From positions 1 to 63,000 of the forward strand of contig JBBPYG010000022.1 in the NCBI GenBank assembly GCA_038200085.1: a stretch of DNA of 63,000 nucleotides, read 5' to 3'. The stretch is from Candidatus Limnocylindria bacterium. GTDB lineage: Bacteria > Chloroflexota > Limnocylindria > P2-11E. Under the pieces are notes generated by a model, which saw only the letters and a program-made list of their open reading frames with translations, did not search any database and had not been told where the DNA came from. This document shows, in pieces, positions 27,024 through 34,944 of the stretch (its first letter is position 1; the number at the start of each line of letters is the position of its first letter). A program made the translations under genes and the position numbers.

Positions 27024-27038
27024 CTGGTATGCTACATT
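27024..27038. promoter_or_regulatory. Candidate GntR operator CTGGTATGCTACATT (GTA-N3-TAC core)
   Basis: Sits in the 50-nt divergent region between the GntR gene and the UbiD gene. It is repeated at 13/15 identity at 29441-29455. Confidence 0.4.
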
Positions 27039-27048
27039 CAACCTTCTA

Positions 27049-28455
27049 ATGGGGGCACCGAGCATGACCACCCTGGCGGCGTCGACCGACCTCCGTAGCT
27101 TCCTCGATCGCCACCGCGCGCACCTCCTTTGGATCAAGAAGCCGGTGCCGCTGTCAGCGGTCGGCGCGCTCACCGCGCAGGCCGACAAGACCATTGTTTT
27201 CCAGAACATCGAGGGTCACTCGATACCAGTCATCGATCAGCTCTTCGTAGACCGTGCCGCGCAGGCGCGCGTGCTTGGGTGCGCGCCGAGCGACGTCCTG
27301 CAGACGATGCACCGCGCCCTGCGGCGCGGGCCGAAACCGCTGCGCGTCGTCCCGGACGCGCCCTGCAAGGAGCGCAAGATCCTCGGCGACGACGTCGACC
27401 TGAGCGCGCTCCCGATCGTCGTTCACACCGACAAGGATCCCTATCCGTACACGACGAGCTTCGTGGTGCACCGGAACCCCAAGACCGAGATGTTCAACGC
27501 GATGTTCCCGCGCTGTGGCGTGCTCTCGCGGAACGAGATGGTCGCGTCGTTCGTCACGCCGACCGCGGTGCGCATCCTAGGCGAGCACCGTCAGGCTGGA
27601 ACGCCGATGCCCCAGAGCATCGTCATCGGCGTACATCCAGCCTGGGAGCTTGCCGCGGCCTACAACTACACGCACGAGGAGTGGTGGGAGCTCGAGCTGT
27701 TCGAGTCGCTCACTGGCGAGGTCGGCGAGCTCGTGAAGTGTGAGACGAACGACCTGCTCGTCCCCGCGGACGCGAACATCGTCATCGAGGGCTTTGTCGA
27801 TCCGGTGGCCACCGCGCAGGACGGCCCGTCGCCGGGTCCGACCATGCTCTTCACGCCGTGGGCGAGCCAACAGCCGGTCTTCCGCGTCACGGCGATCACC
27901 ATGCGCATGGACCCGATCTACAGGAACCACTTGATGACCCCGTTCACCGACCACCAGGAGCTGCCGCGGCTCTGGCAGGAGGCGATCCTCTACGAGCGGA
28001 TCAAGGGCATGGGCATCCGCCTGATCGATCTGGCATATCCGCAGGGCGGCGCCGCGATGTGCCTGGTCATGCAGATCGATCCGACGCAGGAGGGTCAGGC
28101 GACGGATGCGATCCTCGCCGCCATGGGCTCGTTCATGAACACGAAGTTCGTCATCGCGGTCGACCCGGACGTGGACATCTACGACTACCGCGACGTCATG
28201 TACGCGCTGTCCACCCGCGTCGATCCCGCGCGCGATGTGATCATCGTCCCGAACACGCGAGGGTGGATGTTCGACCCGCGGGCGAAACCGGAGATCGGGG
28301 CCATGCCGAACTCGGCAGAGACGCGCTACCCGGCGGTCGCGTCGCGGTGGGGGATCAACGCCACCAAGCCGCCGCGATACCGCGCGGAGCGCAAGGACTA
28401 CGAGCGCGCCTGGCCGATCGGGATGCGCGAGCTGCGCCTGGAGGATTACCTCTGA
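27049..28455 (+). CDS. UbiD-family prFMN-dependent (de)carboxylase
   Basis: 468 aa. FQNIEG, PYTTSFVVHRNPKT, VIGVHPA, IVIEGFV, FVIAVDPDVDIYDYRDVMYALSTRVDPARD. Confidence 0.9.
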   Translation: MGAPSMTTLAASTDLRSFLDRHRAHLLWIKKPVPLSAVGALTAQADKTIVFQNIEGHSIPVIDQLFVDRAAQARVLGCAPSDVLQTMHRALRRGPKPLRVVPDAPCKERKILGDDVDLSALPIVVHTDKDPYPYTTSFVVHRNPKTEMFNAMFPRCGVLSRNEMVASFVTPTAVRILGEHRQAGTPMPQSIVIGVHPAWELAAAYNYTHEEWWELELFESLTGEVGELVKCETNDLLVPADANIVIEGFVDPVATAQDGPSPGPTMLFTPWASQQPVFRVTAITMRMDPIYRNHLMTPFTDHQELPRLWQEAILYERIKGMGIRLIDLAYPQGGAAMCLVMQIDPTQEGQATDAILAAMGSFMNTKFVIAVDPDVDIYDYRDVMYALSTRVDPARDVIIVPNTRGWMFDPRAKPEIGAMPNSAETRYPAVASRWGINATKPPRYRAERKDYERAWPIGMRELRLEDYL

Positions 28456-28772
28456 GCCGCGTCGTTGAGGGCGGCACGTCCGCGCTCCGCGACGCGCTCG
28501 CTGACGGCGACCGCGTGCTCGTCGAGTTCTGGGCGCCCTGGTGCACGCAGTGCGGGCCGATGGCGAACGTCGTGGAGCGGCTCGCGGACGAGCTGCCCGA
28601 GGACGTTCGTGTGCTCAAGCTCAACGTCGAAGAGCACGGCGACGCCGCGCGCGAGCACGGCGTCCGGAGCCTGCCGTCGCTCCTCTACTTCGAGGGGGGC
28701 GCGGCGAAGGCGCGGATCGTAGGGTTCAAGCGGCTGCCGCTCGTCCTCCAGGAGCTGCGGCCGCATCTCTAG
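28452..28772 (+). CDS. Thioredoxin-like protein (WCTQC active site), predicted CTG start
   Basis: VLVEFWAPWCTQCGPM...SLPSLLYF thioredoxin fold. No ATG/GTG/TTG lies upstream of beta-2. CTG 28452 sits 6 nt after GGAGGA and overlaps the ubiD-like stop (CTGA). The minimal alternative is GTG 28515. Confidence 0.65.
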   Translation: MSRVVEGGTSALRDALADGDRVLVEFWAPWCTQCGPMANVVERLADELPEDVRVLKLNVEEHGDAAREHGVRSLPSLLYFEGGAAKARIVGFKRLPLVLQELRPHL

Positions 28773-29080
28773 GCGGTGACGTCTTCGGTCACCACGGTCT
28801 GGTGACGGATCGTCCCATCGAACGCTGGGAACTGGTCGCGGTCGCGCCTCGCCTCCGCGCGCGGCTCCGAGGCGAGTGCCAGGTCGAGGTGTTCGAGCGA
28901 GCCGAAGCGCATCTCCACGAGCATGTACAGGACGCTTTCGCGGGTCCCGGTGTGGATGCGGATCGCGCGGAGGTTCGGGAGGCGGCGGAGGATCGGGACG
29001 TGCTGCTCGCGGTAGTAGCGGTCGAACGCCGCTTTATCCCGCGGCTTGCCCTCGTACAGAACGAGGTACGCGACGGTCAC
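28769..29080 (-). CDS. EthD-domain protein
   Basis: 103 aa VTVAYLVLYEGKPRDKAAFDRYYREQHVPILRRLPNLR, a dimeric alpha-beta-barrel/EthD pattern. GTGA overlap with the cupin gene. Confidence 0.65.
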   Translation of the reverse strand: MTVAYLVLYEGKPRDKAAFDRYYREQHVPILRRLPNLRAIRIHTGTRESVLYMLVEMRFGSLEHLDLALASEPRAEARRDRDQFPAFDGTIRHQTVVTEDVTA

Positions 29081-29418
29081 TTTTTGAAGCCGTAGCGCGT
29101 CTCGAACATCACGACGCCGTTCGTGGAGCGCCACGGGCCATGCGGCATTCCCGGTGGGCGGCAGGCGTAGAAGCCGCCGTGGAAGGTCTGCCGCAGCCGC
29201 AGGTCGGTGAGGTCGCCGTGCACGATGTAGATCTCCTCCCAGAAGTCGTGCGCGAGGACGCCGAGCGGCGAGGTGTCGGTTCCCGGCTCGAAGCGGACGA
29301 CGCGGCTGTAGTCGCTCGTGTCGGGGTCGCGGGCGAGGATGATCTCGCGCATGCCGGGCACGCCGGCGTCCTGCCATACGCCCTCGGGGTAGTGGAACTC
29401 GAGCTCCGGCTTCGTCAT
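29077..29418 (-). CDS. Cupin-domain protein
   Basis: 113 aa. FEPGTDTSPLGVLAHDFWEEIYIVHGDL...PPGMPHGP cupin motifs. Confidence 0.7.
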   Translation of the reverse strand: MTKPELEFHYPEGVWQDAGVPGMREIILARDPDTSDYSRVVRFEPGTDTSPLGVLAHDFWEEIYIVHGDLTDLRLRQTFHGGFYACRPPGMPHGPWRSTNGVVMFETRYGFKK

Positions 29419-29440
29419 CGGCGCCTCTCCCTCGTTGCGG

Positions 29441-29455
29441 CTGGTATGTTACATA
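29441..29455. promoter_or_regulatory. Second copy of the candidate GntR operator, CTGGTATGTTACATA
   Basis: Located in the divergent cupin/OYE intergenic region, 13/15 identical to 27024-27038. A split, weaker relative (CTAGTATGC...CTACATA) lies at 20381-20402 upstream of the CMD-ABC operon. Confidence 0.4.
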
Positions 29456-29571
29456 GTAGCCTTCCCCCCAAAAGAGAAGGCCGGCGGAGGAGAGTGGACG
29501 TGGCTGGGACGCGGGAAGCGCGTGAGGTCGAGGCCCAGGGACTCGCCGAGCCAGGGGCGCACCGCGAGGCG

Positions 29572-30678
29572 ATGGCCTACTACCGCGAATGCACGCTTTT
29601 CACGCCGCTCGCGCTGCGCTCGGTCACGACGCGCAACCGAGTGATGCTCTCGCCGATGTGCCAGTACTCAGCGCACGACGGGATGGCGAACGATTGGCAC
29701 TTCGCGCACATCGGCGCGCGCGCCGTCGGCGGCGTCGGCATCGCGATGATGGAGGCTTCCGCCGTCGAGCCGCGCGGCCGGATCACCGCCTGGGACCTCG
29801 GGATCTGGTCCGACCCTCACGGCGAGGCGCTCGCGCGGATCGCGGCGTTCGCCCTGGCGCAGGGCGCGCTCCCCGGGATCCAACTGGCTCACGCCGGCCG
29901 GAAGGCCAGCGTGATGCGGCCATGGGAGGGACGCCGGCCGCTCGAGCTGGGCGATGGCGGCTGGGCGATCGTCGCGCCATCACCACTCCCGTACGCATCG
30001 CGGCACCAGGTACCTCACGCGCTCCAAGAGGGGGAGATCGCCGAAGTCGTGCGCGCCTTCGCAGCAGGGGCGCGCCGCGCGCGGGAGGCGGGCTTCCGGG
30101 TCATCGAGATCCACGCGGCGCACGGCTACCTCATCCACGAGTTCCTGTCGCCGCTCACGAATCAGCGGACCGACCGCTACGGCGGTGACTTCGCGGGCCG
30201 CGCTCGTCTGCTCCTCGAAGTCGTCGCCGCGGTGCGCCGCGAATGGTCGGCGGATCTACCGCTCTTCGTGCGGATCTCGGGGACGGACTGGATCGCGGAT
30301 CGCCCCTCGTGGACGGTCGACGATTCGGTGCGGCTGGCGCTGCTCCTCGGCGAGGAGGGAGTTGACGTCGTCGACTGCTCCTCGGGTGGCCTCGTGGCTG
30401 AACAGCGCATGCCGGTGCACCCGGGTTACCAGGTGCCCATCGCCGAGCGCGTGAAGCGCGAGGCGGGCGTGCGCAGCGCCGCCGTCGGACTCATCGCCGA
30501 GCCCGAGGTGGCCGAGGAGATCGTGTCGAACGGGCGGGCCGACCTCGTGGTGCTCGCGCGCGCCCTGCTCGACGATCCGCATTGGACCCTGCACGCGGCG
30601 CGGAAGCTGCGCGCGAAGGTCAGCTGGCCGCTGCAGTACGAGCGCGCGAGCGGAGTCGTGGATCCCTCACGGACCTAG
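29572..30678 (+). CDS. namA: Old Yellow Enzyme family NADPH:flavin oxidoreductase
   Basis: RNRVMLSPMCQYS...IQLAHAGRKAS...VIEIHAAHGYLIHEFLSPLTNQRTDRYGG...FVRISGTDW. Confidence 0.9.
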   Translation: MAYYRECTLFTPLALRSVTTRNRVMLSPMCQYSAHDGMANDWHFAHIGARAVGGVGIAMMEASAVEPRGRITAWDLGIWSDPHGEALARIAAFALAQGALPGIQLAHAGRKASVMRPWEGRRPLELGDGGWAIVAPSPLPYASRHQVPHALQEGEIAEVVRAFAAGARRAREAGFRVIEIHAAHGYLIHEFLSPLTNQRTDRYGGDFAGRARLLLEVVAAVRREWSADLPLFVRISGTDWIADRPSWTVDDSVRLALLLGEEGVDVVDCSSGGLVAEQRMPVHPGYQVPIAERVKREAGVRSAAVGLIAEPEVAEEIVSNGRADLVVLARALLDDPHWTLHAARKLRAKVSWPLQYERASGVVDPSRT

Positions 30679-30686
30679 ACCAAGGA

Positions 30687-30712
30687 GAGGAGGCGGCCTG
30701 CGCCGCCTCCTC
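30687..30712 (+). terminator. 11-bp perfect GC hairpin (gaggaggcggc ctgc gccgcctcctc) after the OYE gene
   Basis: Starts 9 nt after the OYE stop. There is no strong U-tract, which is plausible for a GC-rich genome. Confidence 0.55.
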
Positions 30713-30723
30713 CGTCCGCCCTC

Positions 30724-31121
30724 ATGCTTGCGCGTGCGGCGGCGCTCTATCACGAAGGACTGACGCGTTCGGCTGACACCGGCGACGAATTCGTCTTCGC
30801 CGAGCTCGCCGACGGAACTGAGACGTCGCCGGCGCGCTCGGTGACGTGACGAGCGCAACGACGCTCTGGTCGGCGTCGCAACGGCTGATGTCGCTGCACG
30901 AGGAGCTGCCGTGGGATCCGCAGGAGACTCACCGGGGCCTCGCCACGGCGCGGGCGGCTCTGGGTCCCGCTGCATTCGAAGAAGCCTCGCGGGTGGGACG
31001 AACCTTGACCTTGCAGCAGGTGATCGCGCACGCGGGCGAAGTCAAGGGTCGAGCCGCGGCCCGGGACGGGGGTCGCTTCCGCGCTGATATGGGTCGTTCC
31101 GGAGGGTCAGACTTCCGCTGA
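30724..31121 (+). pseudogene. Frameshifted 3' remnant of a large TPR/LuxR- or SARP-type regulator
   Basis: AAALYHEGL...FAELA in one frame, then LWSASQRLMSLHEELPWDPQETHRGLATARAALGPAAFEEASRVGRTLTLQQVIAHA in another. This is the typical extreme C-terminus of such regulators. There is no 5' part. Confidence 0.35.
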
Positions 31122-31359
31122 CTCGACGCGCCTTGAACGCGGCATCGCTCTCGTCGAGGAGCAGCGTCGGCCCCTCCGCGTCGACCGCGCAGGACCTCGC
31201 TGCCACGTGGGCGAGGGCCCGACCGGAGCGACTGAAGGAACTCATCGCTGAGCTTTCGAGACCATTCGCATCGGCGGTGGACGCATCGTGGCGGTGAAAC
31301 CGCGGCCGGCGGTGATGCTGCTCGTGGCCGTGACGATCGGTGCGACCCAAGGCAAAGAC

Positions 31360-31436
31360 TGGCGGTCCCGACCGGATTCGAACCGGCGATCTCGTCCTTG
31401 ACAGGGACGTATGCTAGGCCGCTGCACCACGGGACC
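31360..31436 (-). tRNA. tRNA-Asp (anticodon GUC), CCA encoded
   Basis: GGTCCCGTGGTGCAGCGGCCTAGCATACGTCCCTGTCAAGGACGAGATCGCCGGTTCGAATCCGGTCGGGACCGCCA folds as a cloverleaf: 7-bp acceptor, anticodon loop CTGTCAA, GTTCGAATC T-loop. Confidence 0.95.
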
Positions 31437-31564
31437 GGGTGCTCCTCTGGTCCTACCGGACCGGCGGAGTCCGCGTCATTCTGCCAGAGCAGCGGCCAAA
31501 AAGAAGCGGCGAGTGCGCTTCCTTTCACTCGCCGCTCCGCCGGTATGGCCGATGTCAGGGCGCC

Positions 31565-31852
31565 CTACGTCGCGATCGCCCCCGTCAGCTGGCGCATGCG
31601 GTTGGTGACCTCGCCCGCGATGCGGCTTGTGCGCGCCAGTCCCACCAGGGTGAAGTCGATGCCGGCCGCGGACAGCTCCTCGTACCCGAGGCCCTTGTAA
31701 AGGCGGTTCCCGGCCACGTAGCACATCTCGTCATAGAGTTTTGGCCAGCCGACGCCCCGCCGCTCGAAACAGAACGCGATGAACTCGATCGCTACCGTGC
31801 CCGCACGCTCGCTCGTCAAACCTTCGTCCCCCCCGCCGCGAAGGCGAATCAT
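31565..31852 (-). CDS. Hypothetical protein (95 aa)
   Basis: Globular composition (IEFIAFCFERRGVGWPKLYDEMCYVAGNRLYKGLGYEELSAAGIDFTL). No family recognised. Confidence 0.5.
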   Translation of the reverse strand: MIRLRGGGDEGLTSERAGTVAIEFIAFCFERRGVGWPKLYDEMCYVAGNRLYKGLGYEELSAAGIDFTLVGLARTSRIAGEVTNRMRQLTGAIAT

Positions 31853-31958
31853 TCGGGCGATGGCGCGTCATGGGCAAGGTCGTTTGTCCACCACCTTCTC
31901 CACAGGTTCATCCACCCGTCGGCGAGAGCTGTCCACACGTTTTCCACGGTGTTGTCCA

Positions 31959-33161
31959 CTAGCGTGTCCGGCGGTCCGACAACCGTCGCCTGATGCGCGC
32001 TTCGCGGGCGGTCGCGCGTCCCAGCGCGTCGGCGCCGAAGCGGGAGCGCACGGCGTCGAGGGCGGCGTTCAGGCGCGAGGTGCGCGCCTGCTCGAAGAGC
32101 CCGAGCTGCGTTCCCGCCACGAGCCCTGAAACGCTCACCCCGATCAGGCGCACCGGGCTCACTCGGCCGGCCGCGCGGTCGGCCGCGAGGACGTCCCGAA
32201 GGAGCGTGCGGGCGGTGCGATGGATCTCCACCGCGTCCGCGGTCGGCTCGGCCAGCGTGCGCTGGCGGGTCCGCGTCTCGAACGGCGCGACCCGGAGCTT
32301 CAGCGTGACCGTGTGCCCGCGCACCCCGGCGTCGCGCAGCCGCCGGGCGGTCCGCTCCGCCAGGCCGAGGAGCGTCGCCTCGATGAATGCCGCGTCGCCG
32401 GTGTTGCGCTCGAAGGTGTACTCGTGCCCGACCGACTTCGCCGCCTCCTCCGGCGTGACGGCCGAATCGTCGATCCCCCTGGCCCGGTCCCGGATCGCCC
32501 GGCCGTGCTGGCCGAACCGCGCCTCGAGCTGGGCCGCGTCCGTCGCGGCGAGGTCCCCGATCGTGCGCAGCCCCCAGTCCTCTAGCACCTCGCGGGTCTT
32601 CGGCCCGACGCCCCAGAGGCGCGCGAGCGGCAGTGGTGCGAGGAAGGCCGCCTCTCCACCGGCGGGCACGACCACGAGCCCGTCCGGCTTCTCGAGGTCC
32701 GACCCGATCTTCGCGCAGAGCTTGTTCGCGGCGACTCCGACGGATAACACCAGGCCCAGCTCCGTGCGAACCCGGGCTTTGAGCGCCCGCGCGATCGCCA
32801 CAGCGCCGCCGAACAGGTGCAGGGTCGCGGTCACGTCGAGGAACGCCTCGTCGAGCGAGATCGGCTGCACCAGCGGCGTGTACTGGCCGAAGAGCGCCAT
32901 CACCGCATCCGACGCTCCGCGGTAACTCTCGTGGTCGCCCGGCACGAAGATGCCGTCCGGGCAGAGCCGACCCGCCATCGCGAGCGGCATCGCCGAGCGA
33001 ACGCCGAAGGCTCGCGCCTCGTACGAGGCGGCACTGACGACGCCACGCTCTCCCGGCGCGCCGCCGACGATGACCGGCCTGCCGCGGTACTCGGGATGAT
33101 CGCGCTGCTCGACCGACGCGTAGAAGGCGTCCAGGTCGCAGTGCAGGATCGCGCGAGTCAT
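31959..33161 (-). CDS. dinB: DNA polymerase IV (Y-family translesion polymerase)
   Basis: ILHCDLDAFYASVEQRD...ISLDEAFLDVT...SVGVA.NK..AK..SD..KPDG. ATGA overlap with the upstream alkZ-like gene. Confidence 0.95.
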   Translation of the reverse strand: MTRAILHCDLDAFYASVEQRDHPEYRGRPVIVGGAPGERGVVSAASYEARAFGVRSAMPLAMAGRLCPDGIFVPGDHESYRGASDAVMALFGQYTPLVQPISLDEAFLDVTATLHLFGGAVAIARALKARVRTELGLVLSVGVAANKLCAKIGSDLEKPDGLVVVPAGGEAAFLAPLPLARLWGVGPKTREVLEDWGLRTIGDLAATDAAQLEARFGQHGRAIRDRARGIDDSAVTPEEAAKSVGHEYTFERNTGDAAFIEATLLGLAERTARRLRDAGVRGHTVTLKLRVAPFETRTRQRTLAEPTADAVEIHRTARTLLRDVLAADRAAGRVSPVRLIGVSVSGLVAGTQLGLFEQARTSRLNAALDAVRSRFGADALGRATAREARIRRRLSDRRTR

Positions 33162-34291
33162 CGCGGAAGATCGACCGCGTGGTCGCGGGCGTCGGGCTCG
33201 ACGAAGCGCACCAGCCGCTCGCCCTCTTCCACGAGCGTCGCCCGATACGCGCGCGCGACGCCGTCGAAGGGTGAGAGCACCAGCCGCGCCCGGCGTGCCT
33301 TCTGCCGCAGGATCTCCCACGTGCCGGCGACCATCCCGTCCACGAGGAAGGTCGGCCGGATGTCGCCGTTCGTGCCGATGAGGAGTCCGCGGTAAGGCTC
33401 GGGCAGCATGCGATCCCGCGCGGTGGGGGCGTACGCGAGCAGGGTGCTGTCCCACTTCGGCAGATACCGCGGAGGCGCCGGCTCACCGGGATCCGGCCGC
33501 GGCGCCGATGCGAGGTCGTACAGCGTCGTGCCGCGCTCGTCCTCGAAGATACACAGCCGGGGCGCGAGCGCGTCGAGCGCCGGGGCCAGCGCCCGCCCCA
33601 GCCGGATGCCGCTCCACGACGCGATGTCCGCGCGCGACGCCGGCCCGAAGGCGCCGAGGTACCGCTCGACGACGGCCGCCACCGCCTCGTCCGCCGCGGG
33701 CAGCGCGAACCGCCCGAGCCACGCGCGCGCGTCGACGTAGCGGCCGCTCCCGAAGTACCGCCAGGTGCCGCTCGGAGGGGCGCTCAGCACCCAGCCGTGC
33801 AGGTCGGCGATCATCCACAGGGCGTAGCGCCCCTCGAGCAGATCCTCCGGCGCCAGCCCATCGAGTGCCGCCCGTATCTCCGTCCACGAGCGCGGCTCAT
33901 GCGCCTGCGCCAACACCCGTTCTCGGATGTCGCCGATGTCGACGCCGGCGGCGTTTTCAGCGATCGCCGCCGGCACCCGGCGTCCGGCCGTAGTCGCGAC
34001 GGCGTAGTTCGGGTACTCGCGTGCCGTCACGAGGTGCAGAGTCAGGCGCATCAGCGTGGCCTTCACCACGGTCCGTTGCTCGAGCTCGCGCTGAAGGTCG
34101 TCGATCGCGAAACGTTCGAGCCGGCTCCACAGCGCAAGGTAGGGGGAGGGCGACCACTGCGCCTGGATCCCCGCGAGGCGGTCGATCGCGGTCAGGACGT
34201 CGAGCGGCTCGCGCCGCAGAAGGAATTGTCGCGCGAGGAGCGCACGGTTCAGCGCGCGACGCGAGAGCACCGGGCGATCCGGCCGCGCCAC
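33158..34291 (-). CDS. Winged-helix HTH_42/DUF1006 protein, AlkZ/YcaQ-like interstrand-crosslink DNA glycosylase
   Basis: LSRRALNRALLARQFLL...LAGIQAQ (Q-Phi-Q motif of the AlkZ-like clade), 377 aa. Starts 1 nt after the lexA stop. Confidence 0.75.
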   Translation of the reverse strand: MARPDRPVLSRRALNRALLARQFLLRREPLDVLTAIDRLAGIQAQWSPSPYLALWSRLERFAIDDLQRELEQRTVVKATLMRLTLHLVTAREYPNYAVATTAGRRVPAAIAENAAGVDIGDIRERVLAQAHEPRSWTEIRAALDGLAPEDLLEGRYALWMIADLHGWVLSAPPSGTWRYFGSGRYVDARAWLGRFALPAADEAVAAVVERYLGAFGPASRADIASWSGIRLGRALAPALDALAPRLCIFEDERGTTLYDLASAPRPDPGEPAPPRYLPKWDSTLLAYAPTARDRMLPEPYRGLLIGTNGDIRPTFLVDGMVAGTWEILRQKARRARLVLSPFDGVARAYRATLVEEGERLVRFVEPDARDHAVDLPR

Positions 34292-34292
34292 G

Positions 34293-34898
34293 CTATGACA
34301 GGCGGCGGATGACCCCGATGACCTTGCCCTGGATCCGCACGTCGCGAGCGTAGATCGGCTCCATCGATCCGTTCGCCGGCTGGAGGCGAACGCGCTCGCG
34401 CTCGCGGTACAGGCGCTTGAGGGTCGCGGTGTTGTCCTCGAGGAGCGCGACGACGATATCGCCGTCGCGCGCGGTGTCCTGCTGCTGGATCACGACGTAG
34501 TCGCCGTCGTCGATGTGGTCCTCGATCATCGACTTGCCTCGCACTCGAAGGACGAATGTCTCCCGTCCCGCCGCGAGTTCCCCTGGCACGGATAACGTCT
34601 CGCTTTGATCCTCGTACGCGTAGATCGGCTGGCCCGCGGCGATCTCTCCGATGATCGGAGCGATCACGGCGCGCCCACCGAGCGGCGCCGGCAGCGTCAG
34701 CGCGCGCGACCGTGTGGCCTCCTTCTGGAGGCGCCCCTCGCGCTCGAGCTTGGTCAGGTGGTGGTGAACGGCCGACGTCGAGGCGAGGCCGACCGCCTCG
34801 GCGATCTCCCGGACGCTCGGCGGGTACCCCCGGTCCTCGACCGTCTCGCGGATGAACTCGAGGATGCGCTCACCGCGCTGCTGGTCCTGCTTCGTCAC
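34293..34898 (-). CDS. lexA: LexA repressor
   Basis: YPPSVREIAEAVGLASTSAVHHHL.KLE..G HTH, AAGQP cleavage site, and VRGKSM...VALL.D..ATLKR (Ser/Lys dyad). GTG start. Confidence 0.95.
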   Translation of the reverse strand: MTKQDQQRGERILEFIRETVEDRGYPPSVREIAEAVGLASTSAVHHHLTKLEREGRLQKEATRSRALTLPAPLGGRAVIAPIIGEIAAGQPIYAYEDQSETLSVPGELAAGRETFVLRVRGKSMIEDHIDDGDYVVIQQQDTARDGDIVVALLEDNTATLKRLYRERERVRLQPANGSMEPIYARDVRIQGKVIGVIRRLS

Positions 34899-34904
34899 CC
34901 CGCG

Positions 34905-34933
34905 ACCATACCGAACGTCTGTTCACCTGTCAA
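34905..34933 (-). promoter_or_regulatory. lexA promoter TTGACA-17 nt-TATGGT with a LexA box (CGAACGTCTGTTCA, 34912-34925) in the spacer; the start codon lies 6 nt after the -10
   Basis: Plus-strand tgtcaa at 34928-34933 and accata at 34905-34910. GAAC-N4-GTTC at 34913-34924. Predicted leaderless or near-leaderless transcript. Confidence 0.7.
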
Positions 34934-34944
34934 GGACCCGCGCG

